Source: an uncultured virus (IMG/VR IMGVR_UViG_3300030333_001711) (taxonomy: Duplodnaviria; Heunggongvirae; Uroviricota; Caudoviricetes). Taken from it: a stretch of DNA of 64,000 nucleotides. Position numbers and translations under genes: made by a program. The notes beneath the pieces are model-generated. The model was not told the origin of the DNA. It saw only the letters and a list, made by a program, of their open reading frames with translations, and searched no databases. Shown piece by piece: positions 20,253 through 30,277 of the stretch; positions within the stretch are counted from its first letter, which is position 1; each line of letters begins with the position of its first letter. The DNA lies in the IMG/VR virus record IMGVR_UViG_3300030333_001711, one strand, 5' to 3'.

Positions 20253-20518
20253 TGTACGTCCTAACTGATAAAGCAACTGGAGGAGTCTACGCTGTCACAG
20301 ATGATGAGAAAGATGAAAAGGTTGTGCAAATTTTTGTTGACAAAGATGACGCTATACGCTATTATGGACAGTTAGAGGCATTAGATTATCAACGTCCTTT
20401 GCAAATTCTAGAATTAGAAGAAGAGCAAATTAAGGCAAACTGTGTCAATCACGGTTATATGTATTGTATAATTACTCCTAACGATCTCGTTACCCCTCCT
20501 CCTGATTTAATTTTATGA
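20252..20518 (+). CDS. Hypothetical protein between gp47 and gp46
   Basis: 88-aa ORF coupled on both sides; contains TTGACA-N17-TATTAT (20337-20365) that may drive gp46. Confidence 0.65.
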   Translation: MYVLTDKATGGVYAVTDDEKDEKVVQIFVDKDDAIRYYGQLEALDYQRPLQILELEEEQIKANCVNHGYMYCIITPNDLVTPPPDLIL

Positions 20519-22230
20519 TTGTATTTGAAAAACTTCGTTGGAAGAATTTATTATCTACAGGCAATCAATTTACAGAATTTAATTTATGCGACACTAGGTC
20601 AACTCTAGTGATAGGAGGTAATGGCACGGGCAAATCTACAATGCTTGATGCTTTAACTTATGGATTATTTAATAGACCCTTTCGTAAAGTTAGTAAAGGT
20701 CTTTTAGTCAATTCAATTAATGATAAAGATTGTGTAGTAGAGATAGAATTTTCAGTAGGAACAGTTAGTTATAAAGTAGTGCGTGGTATGAAACCCGCTA
20801 TTTTTGAGATATATCGTAACGGTGCATTGTTAGATCAAGACGCTGCTAGTAGAGACTATCAAAAATATCTAGAACAATCTGTTCTTAAACTCAACTACAA
20901 ATCATTTACACAAGTGGTTATATTAGGGAGTAGTACATTTGTTCCTTTTATGCAACTTACAGCATCACATAGAAGAGAAGTTATTGAAGATTTACTGGAC
21001 ATACAAATCTTTTCTAATATGAATCTGTTACTAAAGGAACGTGTTAGAGATAATAATGAATCTCTAAGAGATTGTGAATATGAGTTACAGATAGCAGAAG
21101 AAAGAGTTACTGCACAGAAGAGAACTCTAGCAGCATTAACAGGTGCTAACGATGAAAGGATACAAGTATTAGAAGAACAGTTCCAAGAAAATGAAGATAA
21201 TATGATGGCAATAAAAACTAAGATTGAAGAGTTGCAAACATCTATGACAGAACTAGGTGACTTTACAAGTCATATAAACGCTCTTGAATCTAAATGGGAA
21301 TCAGCAAAAACTATTGAAACTAAATTAGATACTAAGATTGAAAGAATAGAAAAAGATATACAATTCTTTAATGAACATTCTACTTGCCCTACTTGTACTC
21401 AAGATATTAATGAGTCACTTAGAAATATAAAAGTTAATAATCTTGCAACTAAAGGTAATGAGTTAGACAAAGCACGTGATCAACTTAAGTTAGAGATTGC
21501 AAAGGTACGATCTAAGATGGTTGCATTTACAGAAGCAGCAGATAAGTATGCAGATATGCAAAGAGAAATACATCATCTATTAGATAAACAAGATAGGTTT
21601 GTAAAGACCAATACTAGAATACTAGGAGAGATTAAAAACTTACACGACAAACCTAATATTGCTACAGAGAAACAAACTCTTATGCAAAGACAAGCAGAGT
21701 TTGATGTTAAAGAAGATGCCTGTGCAGAAGTATCAAGACTATCAAGTGACTACAAACTTGTAAGTAGTTTATTGAAAGATGGTGGTATCAAGTCTAAAAT
21801 TATTGCTAAGTATATACCTGTCATCAATCAAAACATTAATAAGTTCCTATCTAATATGGATACTTATATTAACTTTACTCTAGATGAAGAGTTTAATGAA
21901 GTTATAAAATCACGTTACAGGGATAAGTTTTCCTATGCTTCTTTCTCAGAAGGAGAGAAACAAAAGATTGATCTATCACTTCTCTTTACTTGGAGACACG
22001 TTGCTAAGATGAAAAATTCTATTGCTACAAACTTACTTATCTTAGATGAGGTCTTTGATAGTTCTCTTGACAACTATGCTACAGAAGAATTATTAAAGAT
22101 ACTAAAGGGATTTGGAGATGCTAATACTTTTATTATCTCACATAAAGGTGAAGTCCTACTTGACAAATTTGAAAAAACAATTAAATTTGATAAGGTAAAC
22201 AATTTTTCTAAATGTGAGGAGATAGAATGA
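20515..22230 (+). CDS. gp46: Recombination ATPase subunit (Rad50/SbcC-like)
   Basis: GGNGTGKST, CPTC zinc hook, FSEGEK signature, LILDEVFD. Confidence 0.96.
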   Translation: MIVFEKLRWKNLLSTGNQFTEFNLCDTRSTLVIGGNGTGKSTMLDALTYGLFNRPFRKVSKGLLVNSINDKDCVVEIEFSVGTVSYKVVRGMKPAIFEIYRNGALLDQDAASRDYQKYLEQSVLKLNYKSFTQVVILGSSTFVPFMQLTASHRREVIEDLLDIQIFSNMNLLLKERVRDNNESLRDCEYELQIAEERVTAQKRTLAALTGANDERIQVLEEQFQENEDNMMAIKTKIEELQTSMTELGDFTSHINALESKWESAKTIETKLDTKIERIEKDIQFFNEHSTCPTCTQDINESLRNIKVNNLATKGNELDKARDQLKLEIAKVRSKMVAFTEAADKYADMQREIHHLLDKQDRFVKTNTRILGEIKNLHDKPNIATEKQTLMQRQAEFDVKEDACAEVSRLSSDYKLVSSLLKDGGIKSKIIAKYIPVINQNINKFLSNMDTYINFTLDEEFNEVIKSRYRDKFSYASFSEGEKQKIDLSLLFTWRHVAKMKNSIATNLLILDEVFDSSLDNYATEELLKILKGFGDANTFIISHKGEVLLDKFEKTIKFDKVNNFSKCEEIE

Positions 22231-22379
22231 ACTGTTGGCACTGTGGCACTGAATTGATTTGGGGAGCAGACTTCTCAGGAGAAGATTATGATTTACCTGA
22301 GATTGCAATAGTCACTAATCTTTCTTGTCCTAAATGTGATTCATATGTAGAGGTCTATTTACCGAAAGACGAAGACTAA
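22227..22379 (+). CDS. Small zinc-ribbon protein, 50 aa
   Basis: Read by eye: MNCWHCGTELIWG...LSCPKCDSYVEVY; coupled both sides. Confidence 0.65.
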   Translation: MNCWHCGTELIWGADFSGEDYDLPEIAIVTNLSCPKCDSYVEVYLPKDED

Positions 22380-22957
22380 TGTTTGACACTCCTTATTACA
22401 GAGGAAATGATGAGTTTAAAATGCACCATCAGTTCCAGAAACATCTACATAGTAGAAGGGATGAATTTTGTGTGCCAGATAATGCTTTTAATGGAACTGG
22501 ATATTCTACAATAAGATCAGACAATCGTATTCACTTAGAGTATCCTGAGTTTGGTTCATATCTTAATGAAGCAATATCAAAGTATGATGATAAACTACAA
22601 TGTACTCACGCTTGGGTTAATATAAATCCACCAGGATCATATCAAACCAGACACAACCACGCTTGTTGTGATATGGCAGGTACATACTATGTGACAGTTC
22701 CAGAAGCAGACTCAGGTAACATACAATTTTATAATCCATCACCTACAGTAGAAGCAATGATGATACACCAACCATATCATTGTTCCACCCATCTTCACAT
22801 ACCTACAGAGAAAGACATCCTGATCTGGCCAGGGTTCTTGGACCACGAGGTAACATATAACTATTCAGATGAAGAAAGATGGAGCGTTTCGTTTATGTTA
22901 TCCTTAACTCACCTAGATAGATTAGAAAGATTTCCATCTATGTTAGTCTATGATTGA
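22379..22957 (+). CDS. Putative 2OG-Fe(II) oxygenase (TIGR02466-like)
   Basis: AWVNIN..HNH..GTYY..IWPGFLDHEV..RWSVSF. Confidence 0.8.
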   Translation: MFDTPYYRGNDEFKMHHQFQKHLHSRRDEFCVPDNAFNGTGYSTIRSDNRIHLEYPEFGSYLNEAISKYDDKLQCTHAWVNINPPGSYQTRHNHACCDMAGTYYVTVPEADSGNIQFYNPSPTVEAMMIHQPYHCSTHLHIPTEKDILIWPGFLDHEVTYNYSDEERWSVSFMLSLTHLDRLERFPSMLVYD

Positions 22958-23016
22958 AAGATTTACCGATAACAGCGAGTGGTTGGATAAACTAATCAAC
23001 GATCTGGAAAAGAAAG

Positions 23017-23166
23017 ATGAGTACAAGAGTCCCGAATTGGCAGCATCACTCGAAGAAGGAGACGAAGAGACATCTAAAACCTCAGAAACTAAGAGCAGCA
23101 AGAAAAAGATGTAGACAATTAATAAACCGTCTACTAAGTGTTTCCAAACAGTCAGGGAACGTTTAA
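23017..23166 (+). CDS. Small basic hypothetical protein, 49 aa
   Basis: Read by eye: MSTRVPNWQHHSKKETKRHLKPQKLRAARKR...; resembles a small ORF I recall from cyanomyoviruses. Confidence 0.55.
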   Translation: MSTRVPNWQHHSKKETKRHLKPQKLRAARKRCRQLINRLLSVSKQSGNV

Positions 23167-23191
23167 TATAGGTGTAACGAAACAAATTCAA

Positions 23192-25384
23192 ATGACTGTT
23201 AACACTGGAGTAAAAGGCACACTTGCAAAACTACTTGCAACAGAAGACCTTGTTGTTGAGCACAAGACCTGTGAAACTGCATCTTTCGATGTTGCTCGCA
23301 GAGTCCTTACATTACCTAACTGGGAAAAAGCAACTGAAGAAGTATATGATCTTCTAGTAGCACACGAAGTAGGACACGCATTGTTCACACCTAATAGACA
23401 ATGGGATGATTTACCTTGCCCTAAGTCAATCATCAACGTAACAGAAGATGCACGTATTGAGAAGTTGATGAAGAGAAAGTATGGTGGTCTTCCAAAAACA
23501 TTTTATAGAGGATACAGAGAACTAGATGCTATGGATTTCTTTATGATTCCTGATGATCAAGATGAGATCAATCTAGTTGACAAGATCAATCTTCACTTCA
23601 AGTCAGGTGCATTTACTCCTATCGAATTTGCTCCAGAGCACGAGTATCTTGTAGACCTTGTAGGTGAAACAGAAACATTTGAAGATGCAATAGAAGCAGC
23701 AGTAGAAATATACAAAGTAATGCAAGAGATTGAAAAGCAAAAAGAACTAGAAAAACTTGCTGAAACAGAAGAAGGAGAAGAAGAAGGTGGTGGTAGTGGA
23801 AATCTAGGTGAAGGTGAGCAAACACCAGACCTAGAGATCATTGATCCAAATCAACCTTGGGATCAAGGACAGCAGATGCAACAAAAAGGAGTGCAAGAAG
23901 GTAAAGCATCAGGTGGTAATTCTGGTGGTGTAGACTACGATCCATTCCAATCACAAACTGATGAAGCGTTTACTCAAGGAACTAAAGATCTAACAGAAGA
24001 ATCACATTACGGTCGTGATACAGTATATGTTGAACTACCAAAGAAACTAAATCCTGATCACTTTACAGTTGGTGCAGACTATCTTCTAAAGATAAACAGA
24101 GAGCATTACAGTTCTGAGAATGAATTAAAAGAAGAAGGTAAGCAAGCATCCTATGATCAAACTGTTAATGAGTACAACACCTTCTACAAGAAATCACAGA
24201 AAGAAGTAAACTATCTTGTAAAAGAGTTTGAGTGTAAGAAAGCAGCATCATCATATGCTCGTGCTAGAACCTCTCGTACAGGTGTTCTTGATACATCTAA
24301 ACTACACACATACAAGTTTACTGATGACATCTTCAAGAAAGTTACTGTTCTTCCAGAAGGTAAGAATCACGGTATGATCTTCTTATTAGATTGGTCAGGT
24401 TCTATGTCTAATAACATCAGAGAAACTGTAGAGCAGGTTATCCAACTATGTTGGTTCTGTAAAAAAATCAACATCCCATTTGATGTTTACGCATTTACTA
24501 ATGATGGATATGCTGCATCTTATAGAATGGATGTCAATGGTATCAAGAACGACCCAGATCATTATGGATATAAAAGTCTACACGAACCTGTTGTAGGTGA
24601 GTTTGCTCTTGAGAATGGTTTTACATTACTCAATGTAGTATCTTCAAAACAGAAAAAGAGAAACTTTGAAGATGCACTTAAGTACCTTTTCATTAATGCT
24701 ACTGCTAACAACTACAGAAGTTACTACAGTTTCAAAAATGGTTTTGCTGTAAGTTATCAAATGGCACCAGGATTCGGTTTATCAGGTACACCTTTGAATG
24801 AAGCACTTGTATTGATGAAACCTGTTGTAAAAGAATTTTCCAGAAACTTAGACAAAGTTACACTATGTGTTCTTACTGATGGCGAAGGTCAAAATTCTGC
24901 TTACTACAGCGGTGAGCATACTTATAATAATCGTCCATACGCAAACTCTATGGGTTACAACTGTTCTCTTAGAGATCGTAAACTAGGACGTACTTATGAG
25001 AAGTTTGATGGGTCTGATAAAACTACAAATATTCTCCTTGAGAACTTACGTGAGACATATCCTACTCTCAATATTATTGGGTTCCGTTTACTTGGTTCAC
25101 GTGATGGATATAGTTTCTTCTCCAGAACATTTGAGTATGATCAGGAACCAATGGAGAAAGCACAGAAAGCATACAGAAAGGATAAGTATGTTGCTATCAC
25201 ACATACTGGATACCACAAACTATTCGTTATGCCATCTAACAATCAATCAGATACAGAAGAACTATGGGATGACATCAAGGAAGGTTCTTCACGTGCAGAG
25301 ATTACTAGGACATTCAAAAAGATGTTCAAGAACAAAAAGTCTAATAAGAAAATGCACAACTCATTCATAGAGACAGTTGCATAA
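23192..25384 (+). CDS. CobT-like protein: HExxH metallopeptidase-like domain plus vWA domain
   Basis: AHEVGH, NVTEDARIE, acidic linker, MIDAS-like LDWSGSM, VLTDGE; adjacent to AAA ATPase. Confidence 0.8.
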   Translation: MTVNTGVKGTLAKLLATEDLVVEHKTCETASFDVARRVLTLPNWEKATEEVYDLLVAHEVGHALFTPNRQWDDLPCPKSIINVTEDARIEKLMKRKYGGLPKTFYRGYRELDAMDFFMIPDDQDEINLVDKINLHFKSGAFTPIEFAPEHEYLVDLVGETETFEDAIEAAVEIYKVMQEIEKQKELEKLAETEEGEEEGGGSGNLGEGEQTPDLEIIDPNQPWDQGQQMQQKGVQEGKASGGNSGGVDYDPFQSQTDEAFTQGTKDLTEESHYGRDTVYVELPKKLNPDHFTVGADYLLKINREHYSSENELKEEGKQASYDQTVNEYNTFYKKSQKEVNYLVKEFECKKAASSYARARTSRTGVLDTSKLHTYKFTDDIFKKVTVLPEGKNHGMIFLLDWSGSMSNNIRETVEQVIQLCWFCKKINIPFDVYAFTNDGYAASYRMDVNGIKNDPDHYGYKSLHEPVVGEFALENGFTLLNVVSSKQKKRNFEDALKYLFINATANNYRSYYSFKNGFAVSYQMAPGFGLSGTPLNEALVLMKPVVKEFSRNLDKVTLCVLTDGEGQNSAYYSGEHTYNNRPYANSMGYNCSLRDRKLGRTYEKFDGSDKTTNILLENLRETYPTLNIIGFRLLGSRDGYSFFSRTFEYDQEPMEKAQKAYRKDKYVAITHTGYHKLFVMPSNNQSDTEELWDDIKEGSSRAEITRTFKKMFKNKKSNKKMHNSFIETVA

Positions 25385-25405
25385 CCAATTATATTAGTGT
25401 CACAT

Positions 25406-25429
25406 AACCCCCTTGAAAGGGGGTTTTTT
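25406..25429 (+). terminator. Intrinsic terminator-like hairpin
   Basis: AACCCCCT-TGAA-AGGGGGTT followed by T run. Confidence 0.7.
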
Positions 25430-25464
25430 ATTGCTATTGTATATACATAGACACAAGACAACTA

Positions 25465-26568
25465 ATGCCTTTTACAACTGCAATTCCTGTGACCACACCT
25501 GATATAGTCACATACTTAACAACAAACTTCGGCAATGAAGTATCTGTCAAAGAACTACTATCTGCTGCTGATGAGTTCCGTTGTTCACTAGCAACAATCA
25601 AGAAACGTCTTAAGACTTACAAAGTTGCTATTGGTAAGTGGAACCTATCTGTTAAAGAACTAGAGCAAACATTCAAAGCACCTGCTGCTACACCTGCTGT
25701 TCAGCAAGTACAATCTGTTCCTCGTTCAGAGCAAATACTTGTTCCAGAAATTGACCCTAACTATGTTCCTTTTGGTAACTTCACTGCTCTTAAAAAGATT
25801 ATCAGTTCAAACGTTTTCTATCCTACATTCATCTCTGGTCTATCTGGTAACGGTAAGACATTCGGTGTAGAACAAGCGTGTGCTCAACTCAAGAAAGACT
25901 TTGTAAGAGTCAACATCACAGTTGAGACAGATGAAGATGATCTTATCGGTGGTTTCCGTTTAGTCAATGGAGATACTGTATGGCACAATGGTCCAGTTAT
26001 CGAAGCACTTGAAAGAGGTGCTATCCTTCTCCTTGATGAGATTGACCTAGCATCAAACAAAATTCTTTGCTTACAATCTGTACTAGAAGGTAAAGGTGTA
26101 TTCCTTAAGAAACTAGGTAGGTATGTAAAACCTGCTAATGGATTCAATGTATTTGCAACTGCTAATACCAAAGGTAAAGGTTCTGACGATGGTAGATTCA
26201 TCGGCACCAATGTTCTTAATGAAGCATTCCTTGAGAGATTTGCTATCACACTAGAGCAAGAGTATCCAACAGTTACTGTTGAGAATAAGATTCTTACTAA
26301 GATCGCTACTGATCTAAAGATCAATGACAAAGACTTTGTATCTCGTCTATGTGATTGGGCACAGGTCATCCGTAAGACATTCAACGATGGAGGTATTGAT
26401 GAAGTAATCTCTACTCGTAGACTTGTACACATTATGCGTGCATACTCAATCTTCAACAAGAAAGAAGATGCAATCAAGTACAGCATCAACAGATTCGATG
26501 ATGAGACTAAGCAAGCATTCTTAGAACTCTATGATAAGATAGATGTTGACTTCCAAAAGGAAGACTGA
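25465..26568 (+). CDS. cobS: CobS/MoxR-like AAA+ ATPase
   Basis: GLSGNGKT, ETDEDDLIGG, LLLDEID, ATANTKGKG, ISTRRL. Confidence 0.88.
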   Translation: MPFTTAIPVTTPDIVTYLTTNFGNEVSVKELLSAADEFRCSLATIKKRLKTYKVAIGKWNLSVKELEQTFKAPAATPAVQQVQSVPRSEQILVPEIDPNYVPFGNFTALKKIISSNVFYPTFISGLSGNGKTFGVEQACAQLKKDFVRVNITVETDEDDLIGGFRLVNGDTVWHNGPVIEALERGAILLLDEIDLASNKILCLQSVLEGKGVFLKKLGRYVKPANGFNVFATANTKGKGSDDGRFIGTNVLNEAFLERFAITLEQEYPTVTVENKILTKIATDLKINDKDFVSRLCDWAQVIRKTFNDGGIDEVISTRRLVHIMRAYSIFNKKEDAIKYSINRFDDETKQAFLELYDKIDVDFQKED

Positions 26569-26574
26569 TATACT
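26546..26574 (+). promoter_or_regulatory. Sigma70-type promoter for the gp45 region
   Basis: TTGACT-N17-TATACT with TG extension. Confidence 0.65.
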
Positions 26575-26599
26575 AGGGGGGTATAAACCCCCTTTTATA

Positions 26600-26872
26600 A
26601 TGTTCAAGTATGAAGAGGACAAACTCCTCAAAGAAATTTACAAGTACATTGAAAAGACCTATGAAGGTCACTACTCAAATGGACAAGTACAAACTCTTGA
26701 CATTATAGAATCGGTCGGTGATGCTGAAGCATTCTGTAGAAGTAATATTTTAAAGTATGCTTCTCGTTACGACCGCAAGGGAACAGCAAGGAAGGACATT
26801 GTTAAAATCGTTCACTATGCTATACTCTTATTACATTTCTCTGATAAGTCCGACAACAATGACCCAAGTTAA
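26600..26872 (+). CDS. Conserved hypothetical protein (DUF3310-like)
   Basis: HYS..QTLDII..FCRSNILKYASRYDRKG..DIVKIVHYA. Confidence 0.7.
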   Translation: MFKYEEDKLLKEIYKYIEKTYEGHYSNGQVQTLDIIESVGDAEAFCRSNILKYASRYDRKGTARKDIVKIVHYAILLLHFSDKSDNNDPS

Positions 26873-27530
26873 ATTAACTAAATCCACATTCAACACACTT
26901 AAAAATTTTGCGACGATCAACAAATCTATTGTTATCAATCCTGGTTCTAAAATCCGTACGATCAGTGTTAACAAAAACATATTTGCTTCTGCTGAAGTCG
27001 AAGAAGTCTTTCCTACACAAGTCCCCATTTATGACCTCGGTGTATTTCTCTCTGGTCTCTCGATGTTTGAGAACCCTATCTTTGATTTCAGTTCAGACAG
27101 TAAGGTTATCATCAAAGATGAATCGGGTGCAGAATCAAACTTCTTCTACAGCGACCCAGAACTCGTAGTACAACCTCCTAAAGATGGAGTTAAACTACCT
27201 GACACTAAGACAGTTAAGTTTACTCTTAAACCTAATGTGTTAGATAATCTTTTACGTGCAGCATCAGTTTATGCAGTTCAAGATTTATGTTTATATTCCA
27301 AGAATGGTTCTCTTGTATTAACTGTATGTGATAAAAAGAATGAGACATCTAACAGTTATGAAGTGCCAGTAGGAACAACAACTGAAGATGATCTTTGCTA
27401 TTGTTTTAAAGTAGAGAATCTTAGGTTGCAACCCGAAGAATATGATGTTACAATCTATGATAATAGATGTGCTCTATTTGATGCAGTGAATCGTGATCTG
27501 CAATACTTTATCGCTCTTGAACCACAATGA
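26859..27530 (+). CDS. gp45: DNA polymerase sliding clamp
   Basis: LKNFATINKSI, IYDLGVFL, FKVENL, YFIALEP. Confidence 0.92.
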   Translation: MTQVKLTKSTFNTLKNFATINKSIVINPGSKIRTISVNKNIFASAEVEEVFPTQVPIYDLGVFLSGLSMFENPIFDFSSDSKVIIKDESGAESNFFYSDPELVVQPPKDGVKLPDTKTVKFTLKPNVLDNLLRAASVYAVQDLCLYSKNGSLVLTVCDKKNETSNSYEVPVGTTTEDDLCYCFKVENLRLQPEEYDVTIYDNRCALFDAVNRDLQYFIALEPQ

Positions 27531-27805
27531 AACTTAAGAAACACGACACTCCAAAACCAACAGAAAATCCAGAACAACTGTTGGCAAGATTCGACAAACG
27601 TATCAAACAACTCACTGCTAGAAAAGATGAGTTGCAAGGGTGGTATGATGAGTATGTAAAACTCGAACAAGATCTTACTAGACTTCAAGGATCAGTTGAT
27701 GCAGTTACTTACATAGCAACTGGTAAACTTCCTGGAGACGGAAACCACGGTGGTATGAAAGATCACAAACCTGTAAAGCACGGTAAACTAGACGCACTCG
27801 ACTAG
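27527..27805 (+). CDS. Hypothetical coiled-coil protein
   Basis: ORF track; heptad pattern. Confidence 0.6.
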   Translation: MKLKKHDTPKPTENPEQLLARFDKRIKQLTARKDELQGWYDEYVKLEQDLTRLQGSVDAVTYIATGKLPGDGNHGGMKDHKPVKHGKLDALD

Positions 27806-28267
27806 ATGAAAGAATTTGATTATGGACTCGATTATAAGTCTCTTGACTTTACAGACGAGAAAACTCGTGAACTTTATCGTATTGGAAGGGGAGAGCAAGG
27901 AGTTCTACTGGTTCGCCCTTATACTAACGACATATGTGCTCATTGGAGATTCAAAACTCCTGATGAAGCAGTAACATCATCCAATAAAATTTACTCGATG
28001 TATCTCGATTACAGAGATGAAGAGGATTTTATTGGTATGGATATGTGTCGTAAATTTTTAGAGATGGGATTTACTAGGTCAAGACGTTATGCTAATCATA
28101 AAGATGGCAACAAATATGATGAGAATAAGAATGTCAAACCTCAAGAACCAGATCATCTGACTAATAAGTATGCTAAGTCGGCACAAATATTTAAAAAGAT
28201 TAGAGACATTGTTGCTAAATGTGACACCTATGTTAGGATGAGAAAAGAATGGAGATCTAAAGAATGA
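27806..28267 (+). CDS. DUF4385-like protein
   Basis: YRIGRGEQGVLLVRPY, HWRFKTP, GMDMCRKFLEMGFTRSRRYANHK. Confidence 0.75.
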   Translation: MKEFDYGLDYKSLDFTDEKTRELYRIGRGEQGVLLVRPYTNDICAHWRFKTPDEAVTSSNKIYSMYLDYRDEEDFIGMDMCRKFLEMGFTRSRRYANHKDGNKYDENKNVKPQEPDHLTNKYAKSAQIFKKIRDIVAKCDTYVRMRKEWRSKE

Positions 28268-28764
28268 ATATTTTTGTCACAGATGCTGACCCTGTAAAGT
28301 CAGCACAAGTATTACCTGACAAACACATTGTCAAGATGCCACTAGAAACTTGTCAAATGCTTTCTATTGTTGCATCAGAAAAGTGGGGTCACGGTTTCGG
28401 TGTTCTACCCAAGTTAGACGGTGCTCCATATAAAACAGACAAAGGTGCATTTCGTAATCATCCTTGTACAGTATGGGCACAGACATACTTTCGTTGGTTA
28501 ATAGAACACGGACTTGCCTTATGTGCAGAGTACACTCATCGTTATGGTAAGACACACAGTTGTCAATACACTATCGAGTGTGCTGATATTATATTTCCTG
28601 ATAGTCCTGCACCTACAAATTTTGTAAGAGCAATGTATGATGAGTTCAAGTACGATAATACTATCGACACTTTTACAGCATACAAAAGATACATTGCATC
28701 TAAACCTTGGGTGTGCGATAATTATCTTCGTAGACCAGAACGCAAACCTTCTTGGATTTCATAA
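28264..28764 (+). CDS. Pyrimidine-dimer DNA glycosylase-like protein
   Basis: MNIFV..DKHIVKMPLETCQML, NHPCTVW, LCAEYTHRYGKTH. Confidence 0.75.
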   Translation: MNIFVTDADPVKSAQVLPDKHIVKMPLETCQMLSIVASEKWGHGFGVLPKLDGAPYKTDKGAFRNHPCTVWAQTYFRWLIEHGLALCAEYTHRYGKTHSCQYTIECADIIFPDSPAPTNFVRAMYDEFKYDNTIDTFTAYKRYIASKPWVCDNYLRRPERKPSWIS

Positions 28765-29705
28765 TGAGTAATTTTTTATGGGTTGAAAAATACAGACCCA
28801 AAACTATTGATGAGTGTATTCTTCCAGAAAATATAAAAGATGTTTTAAATAAGTTTGTAGAGAAAGGAGAACTACCTAATCTATTACTATCAGGTCCTCC
28901 TGGGATTGGAAAGACCACTGTTGCTAAAGCAATGTGTGAACAGATTGGTGCAGACTATTATGTAATCAATGGATCTGATGAAGGTAGATTCTTAGACACT
29001 GTTAGAAACAATGCAAAGAATTTTGCATCTACTATGTCTCTAGCATCTTCTGCAAAACATAAAGTAATTATTATTGATGAAGCAGATAATACTACTCACG
29101 ATGTTCAACTTTTACTTAGAGCATCTATAGAAGAGTTTAGTAGTAACTGTAGATTTATTTTTACTTGTAACTATAAGAATAAAATTATAGAACCATTGCA
29201 TTCAAGATGTAGTGTAATTGATTTCTCAATCACAGGTAAAGAGAAAGCAACTATAGCAGCAGGATTTTTTACTAGCATAAAAACTATACTAGATAAAGAG
29301 CACGTAGGTTATGAACCTAAAGTTGTTGCTGCTTTAGTACAGAAATATTTTCCTGACTTTAGAAGAACACTTAATGAACTACAAAGATATTCTTCTATTG
29401 GACAAATTGATACAGGTGTTCTTGCTGTACAGCAATCAACTAATCTAAATGATCTAGTATCTTATTTAAAAACAAAAGAGTTTACTAAGATGCGTAAGTG
29501 GGTTGTATCTAACTTAGATAACGATCCTAATTCTATTATGAGAACTATCTATGATTCTCTGTATGATCATTTACAACCACAAAGTATTCCACAGGCAGTT
29601 CTAATTATTGCTGACTATCAATACAAAACTGCATTTGTTGCAGATCAAGAGATTAACTTAGTTGCGTTCCTAACCGAAATGATGATGCAATGTCAATACA
29701 AGTAG
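28764..29705 (+). CDS. gp44: Clamp loader ATPase subunit
   Basis: LWVEKYRP, GPPGIGKT, IIDEAD, LHSRC. Confidence 0.96.
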   Translation: MSNFLWVEKYRPKTIDECILPENIKDVLNKFVEKGELPNLLLSGPPGIGKTTVAKAMCEQIGADYYVINGSDEGRFLDTVRNNAKNFASTMSLASSAKHKVIIIDEADNTTHDVQLLLRASIEEFSSNCRFIFTCNYKNKIIEPLHSRCSVIDFSITGKEKATIAAGFFTSIKTILDKEHVGYEPKVVAALVQKYFPDFRRTLNELQRYSSIGQIDTGVLAVQQSTNLNDLVSYLKTKEFTKMRKWVVSNLDNDPNSIMRTIYDSLYDHLQPQSIPQAVLIIADYQYKTAFVADQEINLVAFLTEMMMQCQYK

Positions 29706-30277
29706 GATATATTCCAAGAGACATATCAGATTTTATGTATGAGGTCTTGTGCAGAGATAATACCTTTCCGTGGTTTTATCAAGAGCAGACCTCATTTTAT
29801 AATGGCACTGCTGAAGTATTACAGTTAGATGGTTATGAAGAACATCCATACTTTGCACACACTATTGTTACTGACAATCAGATAAAGTCAAACGCATATG
29901 ATATTGTGTTTGATAAATTTTGGAAGTGGATGGTAAAAAATGTTGACGGAGATTTTGGTGAGTTAATTCGTGTACGTGCAGCAAAGACTATGAAGAATAA
30001 AGTGCCACCTACACAACCACACGTTGACGCACCGTTTGGACATTGGGTTATGATTTACTATTGTGATAATAGCGATGGTCCAACTACGATATATAAAGAA
30101 CGGTATGGTGAAAATCCAGAGAACGTCAGACCTAAACAATACATAGATCCTGAGAAAGGAAAGTATGTAATCTTTGATGGTCGTATGTATCACTCTGGTA
30201 ATGCACCTAGAAAACATTCTTCAAGAACTATCTTGAACATTAATTATTATGGACACACACGAATTCTTCCCAGTTAA
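29690..30277 (+). CDS. Putative 2OG-Fe(II) oxygenase
   Basis: PHVD, IYYCDNSDGPT, FDGRMYH, RTILNIN. Confidence 0.75.
   Translation: MSIQVGYIPRDISDFMYEVLCRDNTFPWFYQEQTSFYNGTAEVLQLDGYEEHPYFAHTIVTDNQIKSNAYDIVFDKFWKWMVKNVDGDFGELIRVRAAKTMKNKVPPTQPHVDAPFGHWVMIYYCDNSDGPTTIYKERYGENPENVRPKQYIDPEKGKYVIFDGRMYHSGNAPRKHSSRTILNINYYGHTRILPS

Noticed and set aside
25884..26489. 201-aa minus-strand ORF and many other antisense ORFs in the track
   Set aside because: They shadow well-supported plus-strand genes, lack RBS or promoters, and have composition typical of antisense frames
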